Below are positions 1 to 9,792 of a DNA stretch of 64,000 nt, piece after piece; the stretch's first letter is position 1, and each line of letters opens with the position of its first letter. Source of the DNA: an uncultured bacterium (GTDB lineage: Bacteria > Actinomycetota > Coriobacteriia > Coriobacteriales > Eggerthellaceae). The translations under genes were made by a program, and so were the position numbers. The DNA is taken from positions 6,992-70,991 of the forward strand of contig CANOCK010000001.1 in NCBI GenBank assembly GCA_947564525.1. Reading direction: 5' to 3'. The notes under the pieces are model-generated. The model had not been told where the DNA came from and ran no database searches. It was given only the letters and a program-made list of their open reading frames with translations.

Positions 1-1673
1 CGTTCCTCAACGACTACGTGGACGAGATCGTGCGCCTCATGGGCGACGTGTACCCCGAGATCGTGGAGAACCGCGAGCTGGAGCGCAAGCTGATTCTGGC
101 CGAGGAAGAGCGCTTCGGCGCCACCCTCAAGACCGGCCAGGCCTACCTGGCCGACGAGCTGGACGCCCTGGAGGGCACCGAGCTCTCCGGCGAGGCGGCC
201 TTCACCCTGCACGACACCTATGGCTTCCCCGTGGAGATCACGGCCGAGATCGCCGAGGGCCGCGGGTTCACCGTGGACATGGACGGATTCGCCGCCGCCA
301 TGGAGGCCCAGCGCGAGCGCGCCCGCGCCGCTGGTGCCAAGGACGCCGAGGCCGCCTGGTCCACCTACGGCGGCATCTACGCCGACGTGCTGAACGAGGT
401 GGGGCCGACGCGCTTCGTGGGCTACGAGGCCCTGAAGGCGCCGGCCACGGTGCGCGCCCTGGTCCTGCGGGGCGAGAGGGTGGAGCGCCTGGAGGCGGGC
501 CAGGAGGGCGAGGCGGTGCTCGACGTCACCCCGTTCTACGCCGAGATGGGCGGCGAGGTGGGCGACACCGGCGAGCTGCTGTTCGGCGATGGCCGCGCCT
601 ACGTCACCGACACCACCACGCCCGAGGCGGGCCTCTACGTGCACGCCGTGGCCGTGGAGGGCGGCGAGCTGGCGGTGGGCGACGAGGTGGAGGCCGTGGT
701 GGCCCGCAACCGCCGCGCCGCCATCGAGCGCAACCACACCGCCACCCACCTGCTGCATGCAGCCCTGCGCACGGTGCTGGGCGACCACGTTAAGCAGGCG
801 GGCTCCTACGTGGGCCCGGACCGCCTTCGCTTCGACTTCACCCACTTCGAGGCCATGACGCCCGAGCAGGTCGCAGAGGTGGAGCGCGTGGCCAACGACC
901 ACATCATGGCCGCTGTGCCCACCAGCACGCGCCTGACCTCCCTCGACGAGGCTCGCGCCGAGGGCATCACCGCCCTGTTCGGCGAGAAGTACGGCGAAGA
1001 GGTGCGCGTGGTGGAGGCAGGCGACTTCTCCCGCGAGCTGTGCGGCGGCTGCCACGTGTCAAACACCGCCGAGATCGGCTTCATGAAGGTGACGAGCGAG
1101 TCCAGCGTGGGCGCCAACCTGCGCCGCATCGAGGCGGTGACCAGCTACGGCGCCCTGGAGTACGTGAACAAGCTGGAGGCCGAGCTGAAGGAGACGGCCG
1201 CCGAGTTGCGGGTGCCGCTGTTCGACGTGAGCGAGCGCACCGCCGCCAACCTGAAGAGCTTCAAGGAGCTGCAGCAGGCGGCCAAGCGCGGCAAGGAAGC
1301 GGTCTCCGACGACGGCATCAACGCCCTGCTGGCCCAGGCGGTCCAAGCGCCGGCCGGCTACCCGGTCATCATCGCCGAGGCGCCGGCCCAGCAGTCCGGC
1401 GGCCAGCGCCACCTATGGGACGTGGTGCGGGCGCGCATGGCCGAGCCGGGCGCCATGGTCGTCATCGGCGAGGCTGACGGCAAGGTGGTGCTCATGGCCG
1501 CTGGCACCGACGAGGCGGTGGCCAAGGGCTTCGACGCCGCGGCCCTGATCCGCGCCATGGGACCGGCCATCGGCGGTGGCGGTGGCGGCAAGCCCACCAT
1601 GGCCCAGGCCGGCGGCAAGAATGCTGCGGGCATCTCCGATGCCCTGGCCATCGCCCGCGACATGGTCCTGTGA
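1..1673 (+). CDS. alaS: Alanine--tRNA ligase, C-terminal ~555 codons; the 5' end lies upstream of the window
   Basis: The frame is open from the window edge. Editing-domain motifs HTATHLLHAALR and CGGCHV are present, with a C-terminal DHHA1-like GGGGGKPTMAQAGG. It sits in the conserved alaS-ruvX-mltG context. Confidence 0.95.
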   Translation, partial: FLNDYVDEIVRLMGDVYPEIVENRELERKLILAEEERFGATLKTGQAYLADELDALEGTELSGEAAFTLHDTYGFPVEITAEIAEGRGFTVDMDGFAAAMEAQRERARAAGAKDAEAAWSTYGGIYADVLNEVGPTRFVGYEALKAPATVRALVLRGERVERLEAGQEGEAVLDVTPFYAEMGGEVGDTGELLFGDGRAYVTDTTTPEAGLYVHAVAVEGGELAVGDEVEAVVARNRRAAIERNHTATHLLHAALRTVLGDHVKQAGSYVGPDRLRFDFTHFEAMTPEQVAEVERVANDHIMAAVPTSTRLTSLDEARAEGITALFGEKYGEEVRVVEAGDFSRELCGGCHVSNTAEIGFMKVTSESSVGANLRRIEAVTSYGALEYVNKLEAELKETAAELRVPLFDVSERTAANLKSFKELQQAAKRGKEAVSDDGINALLAQAVQAPAGYPVIIAEAPAQQSGGQRHLWDVVRARMAEPGAMVVIGEADGKVVLMAAGTDEAVAKGFDAAALIRAMGPAIGGGGGGKPTMAQAGGKNAAGISDALAIARDMVL

Positions 1674-2089
1674 GGGTCCTGGCGCTCGACATCGGTCAGG
1701 TGCGCACGGGCATAGCCGTGTGCGATCCCTCCGAGCGCGTGGCCAGCCCGGTCTGCGTGCTGCCCACAGCCGAGGTGGTGGCCTGCGCAGCCCCCTTCCG
1801 TCGCGTGCTGGAGGACTGGGAGCCGGAGCTTCTGCTCTGCGGGCTGCCGCTCACCCTCTCCGGCGAGGAGGGCCCCCAGGCCCAGCGCATCCGCGAAGCA
1901 GCCGCCGCCATCGGCGCGGCGGCCCAGCTTCCGTGGGAGTTTTCTGACGAACGGCTCACTTCCTCCGAAGCCAAGCGGGTCCTGCGCGAAAAGGGTTATA
2001 CTGAGAAGAGCATGCGCGGCAAGGTGGACATGGTTGCCGCGAGTCTCTTCCTGCAGGCGTGGCTCGACAGCCGCTCTTCGCATACCTGA
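1670..2089 (+). CDS. ruvX: YqgF/RuvX putative pre-16S rRNA nuclease (Holliday-junction-resolvase-like)
   Basis: The N-terminus MRVLALDIGQVRTGIAVCD is typical of YqgF. The GTG start overlaps the alaS stop (GTGA). It follows alaS as in most bacteria. Confidence 0.9.
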   Translation: MRVLALDIGQVRTGIAVCDPSERVASPVCVLPTAEVVACAAPFRRVLEDWEPELLLCGLPLTLSGEEGPQAQRIREAAAAIGAAAQLPWEFSDERLTSSEAKRVLREKGYTEKSMRGKVDMVAASLFLQAWLDSRSSHT

Positions 2090-2099
2090 AAGGCAGCCC

Positions 2100-3245
2100 A
2101 TGGCATTGCGCAACAAGCAGGTCACCTACTCCGAGCGTCCCACCCGAGCTGCCCGTGCGGCCCACGCCAAGGGCGACTCCCAGTTCCGCAGCTACGACGT
2201 GAGCGCCATCCAGCCCCGGCGCAAGCCCTGGGGCAGGATCATCGGCGCCGTGGCCGTCGCCGTGGTGCTGGTGCTGGCGGCCATCGTGGCCATGCTGACC
2301 TTCAACGGCTGCAGCGGCGATGTGCAGACGCTGCCCGCGGGCCAGACCGCCACCATCGAGGTCACGCCGGGCGAGGGCGCCCGCGACATCGCCGACTCCC
2401 TGGTGAAGGCCCGGCTCATCCCTAATGCCCAGGCGTTCCTGGACGAGGTCAAGCGCACCGACGCCGCAGCGTCGCTCATCCCGGGCACCTACCCCTTCGA
2501 AGGGGGCACCTCCGTGGCCGAGATCGTCTACGTGCTGACCATCGGCCCGAGCTACTTCGCCGATACCCTCAGCGTGCCCGAGGGCAGCACGCGCAAGGCC
2601 ACGGCCGAGGCGGTGGCCGTCGCCACCGACGGCCGCATCAGCGCCCAGCAGTTCCTGGACGCCACCGACGACGCCAGCGCCTATGCGGGCGACTACCGCT
2701 TCCTGGCCACGGCGGGCACCAGCTCGCTGGAGGGCTTCCTCTTCCCCAAGACCTACACCATCACCACTGACGCCACGGCCGACACCGTGGTGCGCATGAT
2801 GCTCGACCAGTTCGCCACCGAGACGGCGGGCCTCGACTGGGCGGTGCCCGAGGCTCACGACCTGGACCTCTACGGGGCGGTCACCCTGGCCTCCATCGTG
2901 GAGAAGGAAGGCCTGACGGACAACTACCGCGAGGTGGCCTCGGTGTTCTACAACCGCCTGGCCATCGCCATGCCGCTGCAGTCCGACGCCACCACGGCCT
3001 ACGAGGTGGGACACGACCCCACGGCCGACGAGGTGCACGCCGACACCCCCTACAGCACCTACTCCAACTACGGGCTGCCGCCCACCCCCATCTGCAGCCC
3101 CGGCCTGGCCACGCTCAAGGCCGTGTGCAGCCCGGCCACCACCGGCTACTACTACTTCTACTTCGTGCCTGACGGCAAGGGCGGCATGAGCTACCACTTC
3201 AGCGAGACCTACGAGGACCACCAGGACGCCATCGCCTCCAACTGA
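2100..3245 (+). CDS. mltG: Endolytic murein transglycosylase MltG (YceG family)
   Basis: One N-terminal TM segment (IIGAVAVAVVLVLAAIVAML). YceG motifs YYYFYFVPDGKGGMSYHFSETYEDH and FYNRL are present. ATG at 2100 is preceded by GAAAGG and lies after the ruvX stop. Confidence 0.9.
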   Translation: MALRNKQVTYSERPTRAARAAHAKGDSQFRSYDVSAIQPRRKPWGRIIGAVAVAVVLVLAAIVAMLTFNGCSGDVQTLPAGQTATIEVTPGEGARDIADSLVKARLIPNAQAFLDEVKRTDAAASLIPGTYPFEGGTSVAEIVYVLTIGPSYFADTLSVPEGSTRKATAEAVAVATDGRISAQQFLDATDDASAYAGDYRFLATAGTSSLEGFLFPKTYTITTDATADTVVRMMLDQFATETAGLDWAVPEAHDLDLYGAVTLASIVEKEGLTDNYREVASVFYNRLAIAMPLQSDATTAYEVGHDPTADEVHADTPYSTYSNYGLPPTPICSPGLATLKAVCSPATTGYYYFYFVPDGKGGMSYHFSETYEDHQDAIASN

Positions 3246-3286
3246 GCGATGGGGCGGGCCAGGCCACAGGGGAAGGGAAAGGCAGC

Positions 3287-3901
3287 ATGGCGCTCTTCGA
3301 GCCGGACCGGTACTTCTCGCGCCTGTCCCACGTCGACATCGAGGCGGACCTGCTCAGCCGTGGGCGCACCCACGTGCTGCTGGACATAGACAACACCATC
3401 CTCACCCGCGACACCCATGAGGTGCCGCGCGACGCGGGCCTGTGGCTCGGCCGTGCCCGCACCGCCGGGGTGAGCTTCTGCCTGCTGTCCAACAACTGGC
3501 ACCACGGGGTCTACGAGCTGGCCGGGCGCCTGGAGCTGCCCCTGGTGGCCAAGGCCGTCAAGCCGCTGCCCCATGGGTTCCTGAGGGCCATGGGCAAGGC
3601 CGGCGGCACGCGGAAGGACACCGTGGTCATCGGCGATCAGCTGGTCACCGACGTGCTGGGGGCGCACTTCGTGGGGCTGCCCGCCTACATGCTGCAGCCG
3701 CTGGTGGAGGCCGATCTCTGGCACACGCTGCTGCTTCGCCACTTCGAGCGCCTGGTCATGGGCGCGCGGCTGCCGGAGCCGGCGCCGAGTTCCGCCCAGG
3801 CGGAGGGCACGGCCTGCGCGGCATCGAACGGGGAGGGGGTTGCCCGGCCGCTGGCGCCGGCAGCCGTCCCTCCGAACCTGCGGAAGGAGGCGGCTCGGTG
3901 A
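3287..3901 (+). CDS. YqeG-family HAD-IIIA phosphatase
   Basis: HAD motifs LLDIDNTIL, LLSNN, KAVKP and VVIGDQLVTDV are present. It lies directly upstream of aroE, as yqeG does in Firmicutes. It carries a ~45-aa Ala/Pro-rich C-terminal tail. Confidence 0.7.
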   Translation: MALFEPDRYFSRLSHVDIEADLLSRGRTHVLLDIDNTILTRDTHEVPRDAGLWLGRARTAGVSFCLLSNNWHHGVYELAGRLELPLVAKAVKPLPHGFLRAMGKAGGTRKDTVVIGDQLVTDVLGAHFVGLPAYMLQPLVEADLWHTLLLRHFERLVMGARLPEPAPSSAQAEGTACAASNGEGVARPLAPAAVPPNLRKEAAR

Positions 3902-4851
3902 GCGAGCAGCTCTACGTCCTCGGCCATCCCATCGGCCATTCCAAGTCCCCTGCCATGTATAACGCCGCCTACGGCCACCTGGGGCTGACCTGGCGCTACG
4001 GCTTCATGGACTGCGCCACCGAGGCCGAGGCCCGGGCGTTCCTGGCGGCGCGGGACTTCCTCTCCATCAACATAACCACCCCCTACAAGCCCCTGGGCGT
4101 GGCCGAGGCGGACCGCCTGGCCCCGGAGGCCGCCTTGGCCGGGGGGGCGAACCTGCTGGTGCGCGAAGGGGGCGCCCTGGTGGCCCGCAACGTGGACGGC
4201 GCGGGCTGCGTGGGCTACCTGCAGCGCGAAGGGGTGGCCTTCGCGGACGCGACGGTGGCGGTATGCGGCACGGGGCCCACGGCCCTGGCCATCCTGGAGG
4301 CGTGCCTTCGGGAGGGGCCGGCGCGGGTGACGCTGCTCGGCCGGGATGGGGAGCGCGCTCGGTCGGTGCTGCGCCGCTTTGAGGAGACAGCCTCATCGAT
4401 GAGCTGGGGGGATGCTCCTGACCCTGCTGCGGCGGGCGCCGATGGCCGCATCGCGGCGGGACGGCGCGGCCCTGCGAGGGCGTGCCGGCGCGTCGCCGTG
4501 GCGGAGGCGCTCTCCTACGAGGAGGGGCGCGCGGCGCTGGCCGAGGCGGACCTCGTCATCGACGCGACGCCGCTCGGCATGGCCGCGGGCGACCCGGCGC
4601 CCTTCGACACCGCCCTGATCCGGGCAGGCCAGACGGTGTTCGACGTGGTCTACGGCCATGGCACCACGGCGCTGGTAGCTGCGGCGCGCGCGGCGGGCGC
4701 CCGGGCGCTGGACGGCCAGGGGATGCTGGTGGCCCAGGCCGTGGCGTCCCTGCGGCTGGTGTGCGCGGCTGCGGCGGTGCCGGTGGGGGCCTCCTTCGAC
4801 GAGCTGTTCCGCATCATGGCCGAGGCGGCGGGCTTCGACGGGCTGCTCTGA
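3898..4851 (+). CDS. aroE: Shikimate dehydrogenase
   Basis: The N-terminus VSEQLYVLGHPIGHSKSPAMYNAAY matches the AroE substrate motif, and CGTGPTA resembles the NADP loop. GTG at 3898 is preceded by GGAAGGAGG and overlaps the upstream stop. Confidence 0.85.
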   Translation: MSEQLYVLGHPIGHSKSPAMYNAAYGHLGLTWRYGFMDCATEAEARAFLAARDFLSINITTPYKPLGVAEADRLAPEAALAGGANLLVREGGALVARNVDGAGCVGYLQREGVAFADATVAVCGTGPTALAILEACLREGPARVTLLGRDGERARSVLRRFEETASSMSWGDAPDPAAAGADGRIAAGRRGPARACRRVAVAEALSYEEGRAALAEADLVIDATPLGMAAGDPAPFDTALIRAGQTVFDVVYGHGTTALVAAARAAGARALDGQGMLVAQAVASLRLVCAAAAVPVGASFDELFRIMAEAAGFDGLL

Positions 4852-4971
4852 GAGCGCTCGCCCCGGAGGGGTGCCCCTGGGTACGCTCGCGGGGCGCGTG
4901 GGGCCTTCTGCTGGCCCGCCATGGCCTCCTGGCCTAAAATGGCTCCTGGAAGAAACCAAGGAGCGAAGCCT

Positions 4972-6141
4972 ATGCAGTACATAACCGCAGGGGAGAGCCA
5001 CGGGCCCTGCCTGACCGCCATCGTGTCGGGCGTGCCGGCAGGTGTGCCCCTCTCCGCCGAGCAGATCAACAGCGACCTGGCGCGGCGCCAGTCCGGCTAC
5101 GGCCGCGGCGGCCGCCAGTCCATCGAGCGCGACCAGGTGTCGGTGATCTCCGGCGTGCGGTTCGGCAAGACCCTCGGCACTCCGGTGACGCTCACGGTGG
5201 CCAACCGCGACTGGCAGAACTGGACCGACCGCATGGCCGTCTTCGGCGAGCCGCCGGCCGACCTCAAGCGCGAGGTGACGCCGCGGCCGGGCCATGCGGA
5301 CCTGGTGGGCGCCTTGAGGACCAACAGCGACGACTGCCGCAACATCCTGGAGCGGGCGAGCGCGCGGGAGACCGCGGCCCGCGTCGCGGCAGCAGGAGTG
5401 GCACGGGAGCTGCTGGCGGAGCTGGGGGTGGAGCTGTTCTCCTACGTGACCTCCATCGGCGACGTGCACCTGCCCGAGGCTGACCCCATGGCCAGCGCCG
5501 CCGCCTGCACGCCCCTGGACATCGAGACCTCGGAGGTGCGCTGCCCGAGCCCCGCAGCCAGCAAAGCCATGATGGCCGCTATCGACAAGGCTAAGAAGGC
5601 CGGCGAGAGCTTGGGGGGCACCTTCCGCGTGGTGGCCACGGGGCTGGTCCCGGGCCTGGGCGGCTATGGCAGCGCCGGCGACCGCCTGAGCAGCCGCCTT
5701 GGCGCGGCGGTGCTCTCCATCCCCGCCATCAAGGGCTTCGAGCTGGGCCTTGGCTTCGAGGCGGCCCGGCGGCCGGGCTCCCAGGTGCATGACCCCATCG
5801 CGCTGGAGGACGGCGAGTTCACGCGCCGCAGCAACAACGCCGGCGGCCTGGAGGGCGGCATGACCAACGGCATGCCCCTGGTGGTGACGGCGGCCATGAA
5901 GCCCATCCCCACCCTCATGCAACCGCTCGACACGGTGAACCTGGACACCCTGGCGCCCGAGCAGGCCTCGCGGGAGCGCAGCGACGTGTGCGCCGTGCCC
6001 GCGGCAGCCGTGGTGGCCGAGTGCGAGGTGGCCTTCGTGCTGGCCAACGCCTACCTGGAGGCCTTCGGCTGCACCTGCCTGGCCGACATCAAGGCCAACC
6101 TGCGCCAGTACCGCCAGCGACTGAAGGGCTTCTCGCGATGA
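4972..6141 (+). CDS. aroC: Chorismate synthase
   Basis: MQYITAGESHGPCLTAIVSGVPAG and RPGHADL are canonical AroC motifs. AAGGAG lies 8 nt upstream of the ATG at 4972. Confidence 0.95.
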   Translation: MQYITAGESHGPCLTAIVSGVPAGVPLSAEQINSDLARRQSGYGRGGRQSIERDQVSVISGVRFGKTLGTPVTLTVANRDWQNWTDRMAVFGEPPADLKREVTPRPGHADLVGALRTNSDDCRNILERASARETAARVAAAGVARELLAELGVELFSYVTSIGDVHLPEADPMASAAACTPLDIETSEVRCPSPAASKAMMAAIDKAKKAGESLGGTFRVVATGLVPGLGGYGSAGDRLSSRLGAAVLSIPAIKGFELGLGFEAARRPGSQVHDPIALEDGEFTRRSNNAGGLEGGMTNGMPLVVTAAMKPIPTLMQPLDTVNLDTLAPEQASRERSDVCAVPAAAVVAECEVAFVLANAYLEAFGCTCLADIKANLRQYRQRLKGFSR

Positions 6142-6686
6142 CGGAGCGCTACGAGCTCACGCGCCCGGTGTTCCTCATCGGCTTCATGGGCGCCGGCAAG
6201 ACCTCGGTGGCGCGCCGCCTGGCTCGGGCCTGCGGCGTCGCCTCGGTGGACATGGACACCTACCTGGAGCGCCGTTGCGGCCGCTCGGTCCGGGAGATCT
6301 TCGCCGAGGACGGCGAGGCGGCCTTCCGTGCCCTCGAGTCCGAGGTGCTGCGCGAGCTGGCCGCCATGGAGGGGCCGCTGCTCATCTCCTGCGGAGGGGG
6401 CATCATCGAGCGACCAGAGAACCTGGAGGTCATGGCTGGCACGGGCCTGGTGGTGCACCTGCGGGTGACCGTCGAGGAGGCCGAGGCGCGCATCTCCAAC
6501 AAGGAGAGCCGCCCGCTGTTCGGCGACCTGGAGGCAGCCGAGGCCCTGCGCGTGCGGCGCATGCCGCTCTACGAGCGGGCGGCCGACCATTCCGTGGAGA
6601 CCGCGGGGAAGTCCATAGCGCAGATCGCATGGGACGTGCGCCATCTGCTGGAGGAGAGGGGCGTGCTATGCCAGCTACCAGAGTGA
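6138..6686 (+). CDS. aroK: Shikimate kinase
   Basis: Walker A FLIGFMGAGKTSVARRLA is present, plus SCGGGI. The ATG overlaps the aroC stop (ATGA). Confidence 0.9.
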   Translation: MTERYELTRPVFLIGFMGAGKTSVARRLARACGVASVDMDTYLERRCGRSVREIFAEDGEAAFRALESEVLRELAAMEGPLLISCGGGIIERPENLEVMAGTGLVVHLRVTVEEAEARISNKESRPLFGDLEAAEALRVRRMPLYERAADHSVETAGKSIAQIAWDVRHLLEERGVLCQLPE

Positions 6687-7777
6687 ACGTGAGCATCCCC
6701 GGGGAGGCGCCCTACGACGTGCGCATCGGCGCGGCGGTCCTGGGCGACCTGGGGGCTGATCTGGCGCGGGCCGGGGTGGCGCCGCCGCGTCGGGTGCTGG
6801 TGGTCACCGACGGCAACGTGGAGCCGCTGTACCTGGGGGCGGCCACGGAGTCGCTGACGGCAGCGGGGTTCGCCGTGGACAGCGTGACGGTGCCAGCGGG
6901 CGAGGGGTCGAAGTCCCTGGCCGTAGCTGGCGAGCTGTGGGAGGCCATGGCCCAGCTCGGCCTCGGACGCGACTGCGCGGTGGTGGCCCTCGGCGGCGGC
7001 GTCGTGGGCGACCTGGCCGGGTTCGTGGGCAGCACCTACATGCGCGGCGTGACCGTGGCCCAGGCACCGACCACGCTGCTGGCCATGGTGGACTCCTCGG
7101 TCGGCGGCAAGACCGGCGTGAACCTCGAAGCGGGCAAGAACCTGGTGGGCACGTTCAACCAGCCTGCCTACGTAGGGGCCTGCACCTCCACCCTGGCCAC
7201 CTTGCCGGAGCGCGAATGGGCCTGCGGCTGCGCCGAGGTGGCCAAGTCGGCCGCCATCGATGGCGACGACTTCTTCTTCTGGCTCGCCGACCACAGCGTG
7301 GCCCTGGCTGCGCGGGACGAGGCAGCCACCCAGGAGGCCATCGCCCGCTGCGTGGTGTTCAAGGCCGGCGTGGTGGCGGCGGACAAGACCGAGAGCCATG
7401 GCGTGCGGGAGTGCCTCAACTACGGCCATACCCTGGGCCACGCCATCGAGTCCCTGGCGGGCTACGGCACCTTCAGCCATGGGGCGGCCGTGGCCGAGGG
7501 CATGCGGTTCGCCGCGCGGCTGGGCCAGCGGCTGGTGGGCACGCCGGAGGAGCTGGTGGCCGCCCAGGACGAGCTGCTGGACGCCTTGGGCTGCCCGGCG
7601 CTCCCGTGGCGCGCCCCGGCTCCGGCCCTGCTGGAGGCCATGCGGCGCGACAAGAAGGCCCGCGGCGGGGAGGTGCGCTTCGTGCTGCTGCGCGACGTGG
7701 GCGACTGGGTGGTGACGCCCGTGGAGGAGCCGGTGCTGCTGGAGGCGCTGGCGGATTGGGGGGACGCATGGGCATGA
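6668..7777 (+). CDS. aroB: 3-dehydroquinate synthase
   Basis: Motifs GGGVVGDLAGFVGSTYMRGV, DSSVGGKTGVN and GHTLGHAIE are present. The start overlaps the aroK 3' end. Confidence 0.93.
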   Translation: MPATRVNVSIPGEAPYDVRIGAAVLGDLGADLARAGVAPPRRVLVVTDGNVEPLYLGAATESLTAAGFAVDSVTVPAGEGSKSLAVAGELWEAMAQLGLGRDCAVVALGGGVVGDLAGFVGSTYMRGVTVAQAPTTLLAMVDSSVGGKTGVNLEAGKNLVGTFNQPAYVGACTSTLATLPEREWACGCAEVAKSAAIDGDDFFFWLADHSVALAARDEAATQEAIARCVVFKAGVVAADKTESHGVRECLNYGHTLGHAIESLAGYGTFSHGAAVAEGMRFAARLGQRLVGTPEELVAAQDELLDALGCPALPWRAPAPALLEAMRRDKKARGGEVRFVLLRDVGDWVVTPVEEPVLLEALADWGDAWA

Positions 7778-8220
7778 GGATGCTGCTGCTGAACGGCCCG
7801 AACCTGAACATGCTGGGCGTGCGCGACCCGGCCATCTACGGCACCGACACCCTGGAGGACATCGAGCGCATGGTGGTGGGCCATGGGGCCGAGCGCGGCG
7901 TGGCGGTGGACTGCTTCCAGTCGAACCACGAGGGCGCGCTGGTGGACCGGCTGCACCAGGCCCATGGCCGCTACGACGGCATCGTGTACAACCCGGGCGC
8001 CCACACCCACTACTCCTACGCCCTGCATGACGCCGTGGAATGCATCGACGTGCCCGTGGTGGAGGTGCACATATCCGACATAGCCAAGCGCGAAGAGTTC
8101 CGCCGCCACTCGGTCATCGCCCCGGCCTGCGTGGCCCAGGTGAAGGGCAAGGGGAAGGCAGGCTACCTGGACGCCTTGGACCTGCTCATCGACCGGGCGA
8201 CGGAAGGCGACGAAGAATGA
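7774..8220 (+). CDS. aroQ: Type II 3-dehydroquinate dehydratase
   Basis: MRMLLLNGPNLNMLGVRDPAIYG, QSNHEG and HISD are type II DHQase signatures. The ATG overlaps the aroB stop. Confidence 0.93.
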   Translation: MRMLLLNGPNLNMLGVRDPAIYGTDTLEDIERMVVGHGAERGVAVDCFQSNHEGALVDRLHQAHGRYDGIVYNPGAHTHYSYALHDAVECIDVPVVEVHISDIAKREEFRRHSVIAPACVAQVKGKGKAGYLDALDLLIDRATEGDEE

Positions 8221-9542
8221 GCGCGGCGGCCGTCGCGCCGGAGATGGCCGCCGGGGCGGGCGCTTCGGGCGACGCGGCCCTGAGCGAAGGGCGGCTCGTG
8301 CGCCTGCGGGCTGCCGCGGCCGAGGCCGGGGCGGGCGCGTTCCTGGTGCGCGACACCTCCAACATCCGCTGGGCCTGCGCCTTCGACGGCGTGTTCGACG
8401 ACGAGCCGGCCCATGCCCTCTACGTGTGCCCTCAGCACGCGTGGCTCCACACCGACTCGCGCTACGCCGGCGCCTGCGAGGCCGCCGCCGCGGGCGGCCC
8501 GGTGCAGGTGAGCGTCGAGAAGGGCAGCCACGCCGCCTTCGCCGCCCGACGATGGGCGCAGCGCCCGGCGGCAGCGGCTGGGGCGCGCCTGGGCATCGAG
8601 GACGCCATCGCCCTCGCGGAGTACCGGGCCCTGCAGAGGGCCTTCGCTGCCGAGGCTGCGGCGGAGGGAGCGGTCGTGCCTGCGGGCGGCGCTGCGGGAG
8701 AGCGGTGCGAGGGCGCTGCCAACAGGGCAGTCGCGCCTGCGGGCGGCGCCGGTGCCTGCGAGGCGCCCGGCGCGACGGCTGGGGCGGCTGGAGCAGTCGC
8801 GGACGCGAGTGGCGGGCCCTTCGTGGAGACCACGGATGTGGTGCTGCGCCTGCGGGCCGTGAAGGACGGCGACGAGCTGGCGCGCATGGCGGCGGCCCAG
8901 GCCATCACCGACGCCGCCTTCGCCCACATCGTCGGGCTCATGGCCCCGGGCATGACCGAGCGCGAGGTGCAGCTGGCCCTTGACGACTTCATGCTCAAGC
9001 ACGGGGCCGAGGGCCTGGCCTTCCCTAGCATCGTGGCCACGGGCCCCAACGGCGCGAACCCCCACGCCATTCCCGGCGACACGGTGCTCGAAGCGGGGCA
9101 GTGCGTCGTCATGGACTTCGGGGCCCGGGACCGCGGCTACTGCTCCGACATGACGCGCACGGTGTTCCTGGGCCGTCCCGAGGGCGAGATGCTGCGCGCT
9201 TGGGAGGTCCTGCGCGAGGCCAACGAGGCGGTGGAGGCCTTCGTCCGTCCCGGCGTGATGGGGCGGGAGTGCCATGAGCTGGCAGAGAAGGTGCTGGCCG
9301 ACGGCGGGTTCGGCGGCCGCATGGGCCACGGGCTCGGCCATGGGGTCGGACTGGACGTCCACGAGCTGCCGACGCTCAACCCCCGCAACGACCAGCCGCT
9401 CCAGGCAGGCAACGTGGTCACCGTGGAGCCGGGCATCTACCTGCCGGGTCGCTTCGGCATGCGGCTGGAGGACTGCGGCGTGGTGACCGAGCGGGGCTAC
9501 GAGCCCTTCGGCTGCGCCAGCCACGAGATGGTGGTGATCTAG
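8217..9542 (+). CDS. Xaa-Pro aminopeptidase (M24B), with an Ala/Gly-rich insert between the N-domain and the catalytic domain
   Basis: The M24 catalytic region carries CVVMDFGARDRGYCSDMTRT, HGLGHGVGLDVHE and VTVEPGIY. It occupies the pepQ/pepP position of the actinobacterial aro block. Confidence 0.88.
   Translation: MSAAAVAPEMAAGAGASGDAALSEGRLVRLRAAAAEAGAGAFLVRDTSNIRWACAFDGVFDDEPAHALYVCPQHAWLHTDSRYAGACEAAAAGGPVQVSVEKGSHAAFAARRWAQRPAAAAGARLGIEDAIALAEYRALQRAFAAEAAAEGAVVPAGGAAGERCEGAANRAVAPAGGAGACEAPGATAGAAGAVADASGGPFVETTDVVLRLRAVKDGDELARMAAAQAITDAAFAHIVGLMAPGMTEREVQLALDDFMLKHGAEGLAFPSIVATGPNGANPHAIPGDTVLEAGQCVVMDFGARDRGYCSDMTRTVFLGRPEGEMLRAWEVLREANEAVEAFVRPGVMGRECHELAEKVLADGGFGGRMGHGLGHGVGLDVHELPTLNPRNDQPLQAGNVVTVEPGIYLPGRFGMRLEDCGVVTERGYEPFGCASHEMVVI
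8670..8815 (+). repeat. Imperfect in-frame tandem repeat inside the aminopeptidase linker
   Basis: GC(G/A)GTCG(T/C)GCCTGCGGGCGGCGC occurs at 8670 and 8727, 57 nt apart. A partial third copy, GCAGTCGCGG, is at 8793. The peptides are AVVPAGGAAGERCEGAANR, AVAPAGGAGACEAPGATAGAAG and AVADASGG. Confidence 0.7.
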
Positions 9543-9727
9543 GGGCGCTGGCGCCCGGCGGTTGGGCTTGCCGGCTGAGCCGCTGCCGAGGGCCGAGCGT
9601 CCCGGAAAGCGCTCGCACTCCAAGCGCCCAGTTGGCAATGCAGGCCAACGCAGGGTAAGCCTATGCGTTGAGCTGGCGTTTCGTGCACCGAAGCGAGCCC
9701 AGGGGCAAATTCAGGGGAAATTCGGTC

Positions 9728-9756
9728 TTGCAAAGCGAAAAACCGGTTGCTAGACT
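9728..9756 (+). promoter_or_regulatory. Candidate sigma-70-type promoter for the large surface protein gene
   Basis: TTGCAA (9728-9733), a 17-nt spacer, then TAGACT (9751-9756). It would give a ~270-nt leader. It is preceded by tandem AGGGGCAAATTC / AGGGGAAATTC at 9701-9723. Confidence 0.35.
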
Positions 9757-9792
9757 CACAGGCGGAAAACGCCGTTTCTTCCGTTTGGAGAA

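Noticed and set aside
2034-2099. The longer ORF-track starts for mltG (2034), aroE (3442), aroC (4921), aroK (5988), aroB (6275), aroQ (6937), the aminopeptidase (8040), murD (27242), ftsQ (33763), the NhaC-family gene (36061), corA (43346), folC (43320), the permease (51999) and the first SLH gene (58434).
   Set aside because: The extensions overlap the preceding gene out of frame and encode Arg/Gly/Pro-rich junk. Internal starts with RBS, stop-start overlap and family-typical N-termini are available.
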